A stretch of 64,000 nucleotides of DNA from Alphaproteobacteria bacterium (GCA_031555055.1 JAVBUT010000008.1:3354-67353), one strand, 5' to 3'; shown: positions 53,001 to 61,295, counted from the stretch's first letter. The notes: generated by a model from the sequence alone, not told the origin. Numbers and translations: made by a program.

Positions 53001-53087
53001 TTTCGGATACGCTACAATCCCCAGCACCACCCACAGCAGCACGAACATAACCGTTGTAATTGGATTTTTTACGAAAAATTTTATCAT
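50049..53087 (-). CDS. RND efflux transporter permease (AcrB/AcrD/AcrF family)
   Basis: 1012 aa. MIKFFVKNPITTVMFVLLWVVLGIVAY..., with the 12-TM and two-large-loop layout. Confidence 0.92.
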   Translation of the reverse strand: MIKFFVKNPITTVMFVLLWVVLGIVAYPKMNIERTPAIDFPMVTASFIYPGASPDEVESQVIKKTENVMSEVSGIKKITSQAYENGGYVMAEFNLGVNVNDKASEIKAKLESIEGEFPDDLKKPVVEKLNPLQESVMDIVLSGADVRTLEHYVDDVLSRQITGINGVASVSVYGGDKRAIRVYLNPEQMAARGLAINEVVAAIAAHNLNVPGGKLELGDSSNVVRFVGEFNSVNDIKNLQMTTPEGAVLRLRDIARIEDSALDKTTGARLNGQPVVITSVVKASDGNAIKISKELRQKMPAFEKEMQNHFAKTGTENPVAMQIISDSSIAIQHETNTTVRDIILGLALTVLTLIVFTRNWRTTIIAGVMIPASLVAGFFWMDASGFTINAMTLLAIATALGTLITDAIVLIESALGLIEQGYTPEDAAVTGTKKVAVRIFATIATHVVVFLPLAFMGGIAGQFMKQFGLSVVYLVLISSMFSFTLTPMMIAKILKGKKPGTKNQESVKKKDKKTDSLSWFRKFYDWQINKPWQAVGVAAAVLVLSLIPMRWVGNEFAGSTDVNEINIFARGDAGSTFKKSESIAADIENRLSKIDGIDFVSVKIGDRGVQNINIKVGLVDRSDRSKSDKQIAREIVPAIADIPGVETQVRAGAGMSGAVSNDLIMNINGEDDAKREAYATQVLDMLNNIPEIQTAVPASQKPGRELKFVPSDEKMKLWGVRNATAASALRTALYGNDTYKYKENGDEYPIVLELAPEYKNYEMFDSVYVGTAKGLVALSELGELKPTTASPTIRRIDKNRITEIDINIGKSTIGPVQAKIQSELKKIDWEQGYYASFGGMSEMQAESTGEIGNAFLLATILTFMALAAIMNSLRHPFTIVTSILTSFAGVFILLFLVGGTINIAAMMSLVMLVGLAVSTNILILEPTLEEMKAGKPAREALWEQFIDKKRMLVMATVAVVAGLLPQLWAPDDTKVAMGAVIIGGILASLFWTFFLTPAVFTLMERIGNKKKK

Positions 53088-53662
53088 TATCTTACCTTTG
53101 CGCCTTCATCAATTTGTGAAATTATTACGACATCGCCGTCGGACAGACCGCCGGATACAACAGCATTCTCGGAATCGTCGGACACAACCGTGACATTGCG
53201 AAACGACGACGTACCATTATCATCAACCATGACACGATTGTCGACAACCGCATATACCGGAACAAAATATCCGATGTATTTGCTTTCGACGAATACAGGC
53301 CCGTCCGACACACCGGATGTTTTGACAATGCACATGCCAGAATCCAGGTCTATGCGGTCGGACACTGATATGATTTTTCCGCCACGCTGGCCGTTTACAA
53401 CTTCTTGGCCGACGCGGAATTTTCCAATACGCGCACAGGACACGAATGCGCGGTTATTCTTGACCGCCATCGGTTCGCGCAGAACACCGGTCTTTTTATT
53501 GACCGTGATTTTTTCCACCGCCGCGCCACGCGCATCGGAATCGCGCACAGGATTGTATACAACGCGCGCGCTTTCGCTTGCGATCACGACGATGCGGAAA
53601 ACGACCCAGCCAATCGCCACAGCCGCCAGCACCGCCCACATTAATTTGCTTTTTTTATTCAT
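53087..53662 (-). CDS. Short periplasmic adaptor-like protein (191 aa)
   Basis: N-terminal TM anchor. Sits between the tolC-like and RND genes with a TAATG overlap. About half the usual adaptor length. Confidence 0.5.
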   Translation of the reverse strand: MNKKSKLMWAVLAAVAIGWVVFRIVVIASESARVVYNPVRDSDARGAAVEKITVNKKTGVLREPMAVKNNRAFVSCARIGKFRVGQEVVNGQRGGKIISVSDRIDLDSGMCIVKTSGVSDGPVFVESKYIGYFVPVYAVVDNRVMVDDNGTSSFRNVTVVSDDSENAVVSGGLSDGDVVIISQIDEGAKVR

Positions 53663-53668
53663 GATTTT

Positions 53669-54997
53669 TTACTCGCCCAGTTTTTTTACAGATTCCGCAG
53701 ACATTAAGATATTGTACTTTGCATTCATCAGCGCCATGTCCAGTTGTGACAGTGCGGATGAAACTTCGGACAGTTCAACGGCGGACGTCTGGCCGGCCGC
53801 AAATCGGTCCGACGATATGTTGTATGCCTTTTGCGCCAATGCCCGTGCGTTTTCCAACGCCGCCAGGTTACCGCGCAAATGTTCATACTTTTTTACCGCA
53901 GTGTTATATTCTTCGGTTTTGATTTTTTTGGATTTGTCCAGGTCCTGGCGCGTCGCTTCGGCATTCATGGCTTCTATCGTGCCTTGGGCGCGATTCATTC
54001 CGCCGTCAAAGATCGGAACTGTCATGGCCAGACCCCAGTATGCAGACTGTGATCCGGATGTGTCGAACATATGTCCAATATCGTCACCCATCGAAACAAA
54101 GTTATACGACGCCATCGCGGCCAGCGTCGGATAGTTTCCCGCACGTTTAGATCGGGCGTTTGATTCGTACATCTTTACCTGCATGTCCAGCATATCCCAT
54201 TCCGGATTTTTGGTCAACCGGCCCGCGGTGATCGAATCGAATTTTTCCGGCAGTTCGTCGGTCAAATTCAGCTCTTCATCAGTTTCGATTCCCGCCATGA
54301 TTTTCAGCATGCGGTGCGCGGTGTCGCGATTGAACTGCGCATCCGACAAATTGATTTCCTTGGTCGCGATATCGGATTCCAGCTTTATCAAATTGCTGCG
54401 GTTTGCGCGCCCGGCCGATGTCAGCTTTTTACGCGCGGAAACAGCATCCTGTAACGATTTTTCTTGGATTGCAACCAGACCGTCTGTCATTTTCGCCGTC
54501 CAGTACAGATTTGCCGCGGCATAGCGGACTTCGCGCTTTGTGATGTCGGCGCCTTTTTCAGACATCTTTACAGCGCTGCGCATTCCGTCAACTGCGTTTC
54601 CGATTTTTCCGAATGTGTAAATCGGCTGGGTGATTGTGGCACCCGCCATAAAGATATTGTTCGGGATCGTTATGTTGTTGATGTTCACCTGGCCCTGGGT
54701 CGCGTCAATGATCAGGCCACCCAGCGCCGGGGGCAGATCGACACCCATCGGATCACCGGGTTTTTCAACGTTCACCAGATTCATGTACTGGGCACTGCCT
54801 TCGATTTTAAACCAGCGGTTCGCATTTGCGGAATCCAATCCGGCTTGTGCTTTTTTCAGATTCGCGTCCGCTTTTTTAATATCATGGGATTCCTTGGCGA
54901 TCTTGTCAACCGCCGCATTGAACGTCAGGTCCATCGCATTTACTGCACCGATGGCCGACACTGACACTAACACTGGCACTAACACTAATTTACGCAT
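53669..54997 (-). CDS. TolC-family outer-membrane efflux protein
   Basis: Two OEP-type repeats (LKKAQAGLDSANANRW..., LQDAVSARKKLTSAGRANRSNL...). Signal peptide MRKLVLVPVLVSVSAIGAVNA. Confidence 0.85.
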   Translation of the reverse strand: MRKLVLVPVLVSVSAIGAVNAMDLTFNAAVDKIAKESHDIKKADANLKKAQAGLDSANANRWFKIEGSAQYMNLVNVEKPGDPMGVDLPPALGGLIIDATQGQVNINNITIPNNIFMAGATITQPIYTFGKIGNAVDGMRSAVKMSEKGADITKREVRYAAANLYWTAKMTDGLVAIQEKSLQDAVSARKKLTSAGRANRSNLIKLESDIATKEINLSDAQFNRDTAHRMLKIMAGIETDEELNLTDELPEKFDSITAGRLTKNPEWDMLDMQVKMYESNARSKRAGNYPTLAAMASYNFVSMGDDIGHMFDTSGSQSAYWGLAMTVPIFDGGMNRAQGTIEAMNAEATRQDLDKSKKIKTEEYNTAVKKYEHLRGNLAALENARALAQKAYNISSDRFAAGQTSAVELSEVSSALSQLDMALMNAKYNILMSAESVKKLGE

Positions 54998-55478
54998 TTA
55001 CGATCTCCATTTTTTTTAATATTTCATTCATTGTTTGAACCGCCTGGGTCAACCTGGATTCATCCGCGACGCTGATGTCCGAAAACAGCGTCGCAATACC
55101 TTTGCGGAATTTTTCCAGTACACGTCCCACTTCGCGACTGCCGGCCGGCGTCACGGAATACCAAGTATTGCGGCGGTCATCCTGGTCAACGACACGCGCG
55201 ACCATTCCGTCACGTTCCAGCTTTTTGAACATCGCGCACAACGCCGGCGCAGTTATGCATTCGCGGCTGGCGATATCTTTCAACTTGGCGCGTCCGCCGA
55301 CATGCAGACGAACCAGCGCGGCCATTTGTAATTTGGTATATTTGGAAAATTTCGAAGGATCAACTTTTAACCGATCGGCCAAACGCCCCAGGATAAAGAC
55401 ATTTTCTTCGATCAGATGTATGAAATCTTTTTGAACCATTTCGTCATCCTTTGATTTATTGTTTCGACCATTAATCAT
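54990..55478 (-). CDS. MarR-family transcriptional regulator
   Basis: LQMAALVRLHVGGRAKLKDIASRECITAPALCAMFKKLERDGMVARVVDQDDRR. Confidence 0.85.
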   Translation of the reverse strand: MINGRNNKSKDDEMVQKDFIHLIEENVFILGRLADRLKVDPSKFSKYTKLQMAALVRLHVGGRAKLKDIASRECITAPALCAMFKKLERDGMVARVVDQDDRRNTWYSVTPAGSREVGRVLEKFRKGIATLFSDISVADESRLTQAVQTMNEILKKMEIVNA

Positions 55479-55553
55479 TAAAAACTTTAACGATTATATA
55501 TTTTAATAAAATCAAACGCAAGGAAAAGATTCATAAAACAAGAATGAAAATTT

Positions 55554-55628
55554 TGGCAGTCCCAACGGGAATCGAACCCGTATTACCAGAATGAGAATCT
55601 GGTGTCCTAACCGTTAGACGATGGGACC
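55554..55628 (-). tRNA. tRNA-Glu (anticodon CTC)
   Basis: Reverse complement is GGTCCCATCGTCTAACGGTTAGGACACCAGATTCTCATTCTGGTAATACGGGTTCGATTCCCGTTGGGACTGCCA. Glu-type D-arm. The 1-72 pair is G-U as folded by hand. Confidence 0.8.
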
Positions 55629-55740
55629 AAAACTTGAAACAGTACTTTTTTACACGCGCCCAGGCCTTTGTCATTCCGGCCCAAGCCGGAATAATGAAAG
55701 CAAATACAAAAAAACGGCACATTATGCCGATTCAAAAGAC

Positions 55741-55814
55741 TGGTTGGGCCACACGGATTCGAACCGCGATAAAGGGAACCAAAATCCCTTGTCCTACCGT
55801 TAGACGATGGCCCA
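55741..55814 (-). tRNA. tRNA-Gln (anticodon TTG)
   Basis: Reverse complement is TGGGCCATCGTCTAACGGTAGGACAAGGGATTTTGGTTCCCTTTATCGCGGTTCGAATCCGTGTGGCCCAACCA. The U1-A72 pair is typical of tRNA-Gln. Confidence 0.85.
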
Positions 55815-55967
55815 GCAGACCCGCCGATTATAAATAACTTTAATAAATTTGCAATAATAAAAAACAACCCATTGAAATATGTTTTTTAGTAACTATTTCT
55901 TGTTTACAAAAAGGCCCACATATTGTGCGGGCTTTTTTTATTCCCCACCGTGGGTGGGTTATTTTTA

Positions 55968-55990
55968 TGTAGGGGCGCATATTTGCGCCC
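55968..55990. repeat. REP hairpin
   Basis: TGTAGGGGCGCATATTTGCGCCC. Confidence 0.85.
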
Positions 55991-56065
55991 TTTTATACAG
56001 AGCAGATAATATCTACCCCTACAACCTGTCCCGCCCACGGCGGGGAAGTGAATGGAAAAATCAAA

Positions 56066-56584
56066 ATGAGCAGACAAATACAAATCCGCCGCGGCACAGC
56101 GGCACAACACCAATCATTCATCGGGGCGATTGGTGAAGTAACAATGGACATCGATACCAAGACACTGCATGTGCACGACGGCGTGACGCCGGGCGGAATC
56201 CCATTGGCACGGCGCGACGAAATCCCGGAAAACACCGGCGGCGGCACAACCGAAATTCCAAACAACTATGACTTTGTCATCGAATCCGCGTCCGGTTTAA
56301 CTGGTACTGGATACACAAACGGATGGTATCGGAAATACAAATCCGGATGGACCGAACAAGGTGCATCCATATTACTCCAGGTCGGCGCCGACAGCACACA
56401 CGCCTTGCCGATTGCGATGTTGGATACAAACTATCAGGCATTGGTTGTTCCCGGGAACACCAGTGCGTCGAACATCCCCCAGGGCTGGGTTCGTCAAAGA
56501 AACACAGGATCAATAGTCGCCAGAGGCGCAACAAACGGCAGTAACCTGGCCAGCTTTTTGGTAATCGGAATACATGCTAATTAA
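56066..56584 (+). CDS. Phage tail-fibre-like protein (isolated)
   Basis: MSRQIQIRRGTAAQHQSFIGAIGEVTMDIDTKTLHVHDGVTPGGIPLA (tail-fibre/Mtd-type N-terminal motif). GWYRKYKSGWTEQG (tail-fibre C-terminal-type motif). Confidence 0.65.
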   Translation: MSRQIQIRRGTAAQHQSFIGAIGEVTMDIDTKTLHVHDGVTPGGIPLARRDEIPENTGGGTTEIPNNYDFVIESASGLTGTGYTNGWYRKYKSGWTEQGASILLQVGADSTHALPIAMLDTNYQALVVPGNTSASNIPQGWVRQRNTGSIVARGATNGSNLASFLVIGIHAN

Positions 56585-56602
56585 TTAAGGCACAAAAAAT
56601 AC

Positions 56603-56627
56603 CCCGCCATTTCGGCGGGATGTTTTT
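56603..56627. terminator. Bidirectional terminator
   Basis: CCCGCC-ATTTC-GGCGGG followed by ATGTTTTT. Lies between convergent genes. Confidence 0.65.
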
Positions 56628-57228
56628 AATCTTTGTATGCGCGCATCCCAAGGTTTATCCAACCATGATCATGCCCGAGAATTTCAGAATGTGGCAATTC
56701 TTCAACATTGGCAAATCCTGCTTTTAACAATTTTTCTTTTAAAAGACGTGGACTGAATGCGGTTGAATGGAATTGAAAATGTCCAGGTGTCCCAAACCCA
56801 TCGCCATATGAAAATATTCGACCATTAAACCAAATTGACGGATCATGTTCAGGATTGAATTTGTACCAACCATCGTTCTCAAAATCGCGCGATCCGCGTT
56901 CTTCGGCATCAACAAACGCCTTGGCAATCTTCAATGCATTCGGCACCCATATATCCACATGACCGCCTGGCTTTACAATTCTGAAAAGATCAGACATAAT
57001 TTCATCCTGTTTGTACCAAACAAGATGTTCGAAAATATGTGACGCATAAACAACAGCAAAGCTATTGTCTGGGAATGGAAATCCATGCGATATGTTTGCG
57101 ATATAATCTGTAATCGGGGATTTTTCTATATTAATGGTACAAAAACCCGGTATCCGTTCTGTCCCGGGCCCTATTTCTAATTTATCGCATTTTGGTTTAT
57201 ATATTTTCTTTTTGAATTTTAAAAACAT
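56626..57228 (-). CDS. Class I SAM-dependent methyltransferase, paralog A
   Basis: KPKCDKLEIGPGTERIPGF, VYASHIFEHL, VKPGGHVDIWVPN. RBS GGAGAG. Confidence 0.75.
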   Translation of the reverse strand: MFLKFKKKIYKPKCDKLEIGPGTERIPGFCTINIEKSPITDYIANISHGFPFPDNSFAVVYASHIFEHLVWYKQDEIMSDLFRIVKPGGHVDIWVPNALKIAKAFVDAEERGSRDFENDGWYKFNPEHDPSIWFNGRIFSYGDGFGTPGHFQFHSTAFSPRLLKEKLLKAGFANVEELPHSEILGHDHGWINLGMRAYKD

Positions 57229-57229
57229 T

Positions 57230-57835
57230 TTACTCTCCGTTTTTATACGCACGCACGCCCAGATTAATCCAACCGTGGGTGTTTTTTGCTTCGCTTAACG
57301 GTAATTCTTGCACGTTAATAAATCCGTGTTTTTCCAGCAACTGTTTCAAGTGTTTAAATGTATATAGTGATTTGTGCCAGCTGGGGTATTCCGGATTTGC
57401 GCCCCAGAACATGCGACCCGCCGCCCATATAAATGGATTGTTATCCCGGTTACGCCAAGTTTTCCAATCATCCGGGGATTTGGTCAATTCTCCGGATTCC
57501 GCGGCGATAATTGTTTTCGCAACCTTCAGCGCATCCGGCACCCATATTTCTACATATCCGCCAGGTTTTAGAACCCGGTACATTTCTGACAAAATTCTGT
57601 CGGTATTAAACCATTCTATGTGTTCCAAGAAATGACTGCTGTATACAATGCTAAAAACATTATCCGTAAATGGCAAATTATTTTTACCGCAATCACATAT
57701 ATAATCTGTAACCGGACTGCGCACAGCATTAACAGTACAAAAACCCAGAATTCGTTTATCTCCCGGACCGATTTCCAATTTGTCGCATTTTGGCTTGTAT
57801 ATTTTTCTTTTGAATATTTTCTTTAATAATTTCAT
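57230..57835 (-). CDS. Class I SAM-dependent methyltransferase, paralog B
   Basis: KPKCDKLEIGPGDKRILGF, VYSSHFLEHI, LKPGGYVEIWVPD. ATGA overlap with the upstream gene. Confidence 0.75.
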   Translation of the reverse strand: MKLLKKIFKRKIYKPKCDKLEIGPGDKRILGFCTVNAVRSPVTDYICDCGKNNLPFTDNVFSIVYSSHFLEHIEWFNTDRILSEMYRVLKPGGYVEIWVPDALKVAKTIIAAESGELTKSPDDWKTWRNRDNNPFIWAAGRMFWGANPEYPSWHKSLYTFKHLKQLLEKHGFINVQELPLSEAKNTHGWINLGVRAYKNGE

Positions 57836-58785
57836 CCGCGGAATCTCCGGCGCAGTTTTGGAAACGGGATCAATACCGCGATTATTCTGCGTATCGGCTT
57901 TTTGCGTTTTGCGGTATGCGTTGTAATTTCGCCACCAAAGAATAATTCGTCTGTCGTTGTGCAAAAGCACGGCTTGCCCGATAATTTTGAAATTTCGATC
58001 GCCTGCTGACGTTCGCTTTCATAGAAAAATTCTGCGCCGTGCATTGATTTAAAAATCTTTGCCTTGAATGGCGCATGCAACCCAAGGCGGCGACGCTCTT
58101 CTGCGGTGGCAACATTCAGCATGTACAATTTCTTATATTTCACGCCATGTTTTGCCAACCATTCTTCGGTCTGCGATCTATATTTTTCCAAACGCGATGT
58201 CACCAGTGCCATGATTTCAAACTTTGGTATCATCAGCGGACGCGCTGTGCGCAAAAATTCTTCGTAATTCGGACCGTCATCATTTTGATCCGATGTCGGG
58301 TCCAGACACAGCAATCCGTCAATATCCCAGCATGATTTTTCCAAATACCATATGTTCAGATAATTCCACTGGAACATACGTGGCGTTGGGCATACCGTCA
58401 TGCAAAAATCAACCGACGGCGTATCCCAGCTGCAACCATACACGGCGCAGTATGTTATATTGAATTTCTTGTCCAGCCCCAGATCGGAAATTTGCGCCCG
58501 GATTGCATCAACGGATTTCCCGGTACATATTGAATCATCAATAACTAGGACATTTCGCACGGCTTTGCCACTGAATATTTTGCGATCTGTTGATGCTGTC
58601 GAATGCGTCTTGCCATCCATAAAACAGTCCAGCGACGTGCACGGGATATTTGTATTTTCAGACAGTATAACCGCAGACAACATCCCGCTGCGCGGGATTC
58701 CCACGATCAAATCTGTATCGGCTGGAACCTTGGCGATATTTTTCTTTATATCAATCGCCATATCGTTGTATGTCTTATAGTTCAC
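57832..58785 (-). CDS. Phosphoribosyltransferase-like domain fused to a HAD-like (DxDG) domain
   Basis: GIPRSGMLSA, VLVIDDSICTGKS (PRTase), then CWDIDGLLC. GTG start with RBS AGGAGA. Confidence 0.6.
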   Translation of the reverse strand: MNYKTYNDMAIDIKKNIAKVPADTDLIVGIPRSGMLSAVILSENTNIPCTSLDCFMDGKTHSTASTDRKIFSGKAVRNVLVIDDSICTGKSVDAIRAQISDLGLDKKFNITYCAVYGCSWDTPSVDFCMTVCPTPRMFQWNYLNIWYLEKSCWDIDGLLCLDPTSDQNDDGPNYEEFLRTARPLMIPKFEIMALVTSRLEKYRSQTEEWLAKHGVKYKKLYMLNVATAEERRRLGLHAPFKAKIFKSMHGAEFFYESERQQAIEISKLSGKPCFCTTTDELFFGGEITTHTAKRKKPIRRIIAVLIPFPKLRRRFRG

Positions 58786-58787
58786 AA

Positions 58788-59885
58788 TTATCTCCTGATA
58801 AATTTAAACAACGGGATAAACTTAAACACGTAAAGCCAGTTGTCGCGTGTCCGGAACAGCGGCACATACAGTACGTAAATATTGACCGCGCCCGCCGCGC
58901 GTTTTACGCGCCACAACGATATTTTGCCAAACAATTTGAAATTAAATTCATTGTTCGCGACCAGACCCATGCGTTTGCAAGCCTTGTAAAAACCGTCCAA
59001 ATCTTCACACGCCAAATACGGGTACAGCGCATGGTGTTCACGAGCAAAATCCGACTTGTACTTGCATTTTGCGTAAATCTTTATATATTCCGCACAGATT
59101 ATTTTATGTGCATCCGCGGATGTTGTTTTATTAAATATCCATTTGATATCATGAAACACACGATTGAATATGTGCATATAGTCTTTACGTGGCATTTTGT
59201 TTGAATTAATAAAATCAACGAACATTTCGCGTACTTTCAGCTGGCTGATTGTCTTGTAACGCGGTGAAAATTCAGAATCCAGGGAATCCGGACGACGTAC
59301 CCAGTAATAGTGCGCATCGTCAATTGTTTTTACGCGATTGGCGTAATACACGCATTTTAGCTGAAATATTAAATCTTGGCCGGTCGGTATATCCGCGGGA
59401 AAACTGATATTATTTTCCATGACAATTTTATGACTGTATATTGCAGCCTGCCATTGCGCGTAAAATATATATTTGTTTTCTTCAATCCATTTGTGCAGAT
59501 ATATCTTTTTTTGATCATTTATCACAATTGCGCTTTTTACAATATCTGCGCCGGATTCGATTGCGGCATTGTACAGCTTTTCAAAAAAATCCAGATCGAC
59601 ATAATCGTCCGAATCGACAAAGCCCAAAAATTCGCCGGCCGCAATGGCCAGTGCCGCATTGCGCGCCGACGCTGCACCGCAATTTTCAGTCATTGCGATA
59701 ACCCGGACACGCGGATCGTGGCGTTCATATTCGCGTGCGATTTCCAACGACGCGTCGGTAGAACAATCGTCGACCAGAATTATTTCAATATCGCGTAAAG
59801 TCTGATTTACCAGCGAATCCAAACACTTGCGGAAATATGGGGATTCATTGTTAAAAAACGGTGTTATAATTGATACTTTTGGCAT
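58788..59885 (-). CDS. Family 2 glycosyltransferase
   Basis: VSIITPFFNNESPYFRKCLDSLVNQTLRDIEIILVDDCSTD, GFVDSDDYV. Confidence 0.85.
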   Translation of the reverse strand: MPKVSIITPFFNNESPYFRKCLDSLVNQTLRDIEIILVDDCSTDASLEIAREYERHDPRVRVIAMTENCGAASARNAALAIAAGEFLGFVDSDDYVDLDFFEKLYNAAIESGADIVKSAIVINDQKKIYLHKWIEENKYIFYAQWQAAIYSHKIVMENNISFPADIPTGQDLIFQLKCVYYANRVKTIDDAHYYWVRRPDSLDSEFSPRYKTISQLKVREMFVDFINSNKMPRKDYMHIFNRVFHDIKWIFNKTTSADAHKIICAEYIKIYAKCKYKSDFAREHHALYPYLACEDLDGFYKACKRMGLVANNEFNFKLFGKISLWRVKRAAGAVNIYVLYVPLFRTRDNWLYVFKFIPLFKFIRR

Positions 59886-60009
59886 TTGATAATATTTTTA
59901 ACCAAACGCCCCGCCCGCACTTTTGCAAGCAGTTATTTTATATATTCCAGGCGTTTGAAAACCTTTTATCAAAAGACTAGGACATATTATGTAAAAGTTC
60001 AAGAAAAAA

Positions 60010-60033
60010 CTGGCCCGCTTTCGGCCAGTTTTT
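60010..60033 (-). terminator. Terminator downstream of the merR-like gene
   Basis: CTGGCC-CGCTTTC-GGCCAG flanked by A6/T5 runs. Confidence 0.65.
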
Positions 60034-60053
60034 ATTCCCAGTTATAAAAGCGC

Positions 60054-60479
60054 CTAGGCCAGCAATGCCCGCGCAGCTTCCAGCAATTTGATCGCGTCAT
60101 CAATTTCGGATTTATGTGTCGGTTCCCCTCTGGATAAAGGGAGTGCCCGCGAGTCGCGTGATGTGGACAAACTTTGGGGATTTGATAACGACACCTCGGG
60201 CTTTGCCCACCCCTCTGCCAGAGGGGAACTAACGTTTTCCAGATTACCATCTTTGATAATCTTTTTGACACCCATGATCGTCATGCCGCGATTGTACAAC
60301 AGGTCTTTGATAATTTCCAGCGCGCCGACTGTTTCAGGCCGATAGTATCGGCGTCCGCCGTTTCCGGTTGTGGGCCGTATCACGGTCGGGAATTGCTTTT
60401 CCCAATAACGCAAAGTATGCGCCGGAATATCCAGCCGTGTCGACACATCGTTAATCGATGAAAAATACTCTTTGTTCAT
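60054..60479 (-). CDS. MerR-family transcriptional regulator
   Basis: FSSINDVSTRLDIPAHTLRYWEKQFPTVIRPTTGNGGRRYYRPETV. Start at MNKEYF downstream of the REP. Confidence 0.85.
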   Translation of the reverse strand: MNKEYFSSINDVSTRLDIPAHTLRYWEKQFPTVIRPTTGNGGRRYYRPETVGALEIIKDLLYNRGMTIMGVKKIIKDGNLENVSSPLAEGWAKPEVSLSNPQSLSTSRDSRALPLSRGEPTHKSEIDDAIKLLEAARALLA

Positions 60480-60494
60480 TTTGTTTTTCCTTTT

Positions 60495-60522
60495 GTAGGG
60501 GCGGTTCACGAACCGCCCCTAC
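60495..60522. repeat. REP hairpin
   Basis: GTAGGGGCGGTTCACGAACCGCCCCTAC. Confidence 0.85.
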
Positions 60523-60533
60523 CAGCCGTCACA

Positions 60534-60848
60534 TTATTTACCGCACTTGTACATATAGACCTTGTGGCCGATGTAATCATTGCTGCCCAGTACCATGCCG
60601 CCATAGCTATAGTTGACTTCCTTGGATATGCGCAATGTGTCGCCACCCTCACCCGCCGTGCGATTGCGGACATAGTTCAATGATTCTTCGCGATTCATAT
60701 TATATCCGGTTGTATCCAGATCATCCAACAGTTCGCACCCCGACGGTTTTGAATCAACGATTTTCACCGCCATGCCGGCCGGCGTTTGTGCTGTGGTCGT
60801 ACATGCCGCCAGTGCCAGTGTCAGTGACAGTGTCAGTACGGTTTTCAT
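60534..60848 (-). CDS. Small lipoprotein (DUF4156-like)
   Basis: MKTVLTLSLTLALAAC lipobox. CELLDDLD...NYVRNRTAGEGGDTL. ATGA overlap with the upstream gene. Confidence 0.65.
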   Translation of the reverse strand: MKTVLTLSLTLALAACTTTAQTPAGMAVKIVDSKPSGCELLDDLDTTGYNMNREESLNYVRNRTAGEGGDTLRISKEVNYSYGGMVLGSNDYIGHKVYMYKCGK

Positions 60849-61291
60849 TTTGATCCCCAAGTATTGCTGTTAAATGCTTGATTCATTAATGCCGTAAAGC
60901 TGCCAATAATCGCCTTGGCATTTTTAATGACTTGCTCTTCTGATACTTCGTCCAAATGCATGGGCATCGGATAAAATTCAACCACATGCAATCTGTTTGA
61001 TTCATTCGTATAAAACAAACCGTTTTCCGTCCAACAATTCACGCGACCCTGGACCTTGCACACTTCATGCCATATCGGATTGGTCGCGCGAATCTTTTCG
61101 GCATCATTTTTTGTTTTACAAATCCAAACCGTACTGGCAACCGGCCACCATTGTTCGCCAACTTTGGGTTGACCACGCCCCGACCACAACATATAGCCTG
61201 TCAGTTTTTTACGATCTTTATCGCCAACCTTTTTACCGTACAATACGTCCAGAACATTATCTGTTCTGTCCAGCAATTCACTGTTTGTCAT
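60845..61291 (-). CDS. Hypothetical protein (148 aa)
   Basis: ORF between gyrA and the lipoprotein gene. No motif recognised. Confidence 0.5.
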   Translation of the reverse strand: MTNSELLDRTDNVLDVLYGKKVGDKDRKKLTGYMLWSGRGQPKVGEQWWPVASTVWICKTKNDAEKIRATNPIWHEVCKVQGRVNCWTENGLFYTNESNRLHVVEFYPMPMHLDEVSEEQVIKNAKAIIGSFTALMNQAFNSNTWGSK

Positions 61292-61295
61292 AGCT

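Noticed and set aside
56066-56584. A prophage inferred from the tail-fibre-like gene
   Set aside because: No capsid, terminase, integrase, baseplate or lysis genes occur anywhere in the window. It is treated as an isolated remnant.
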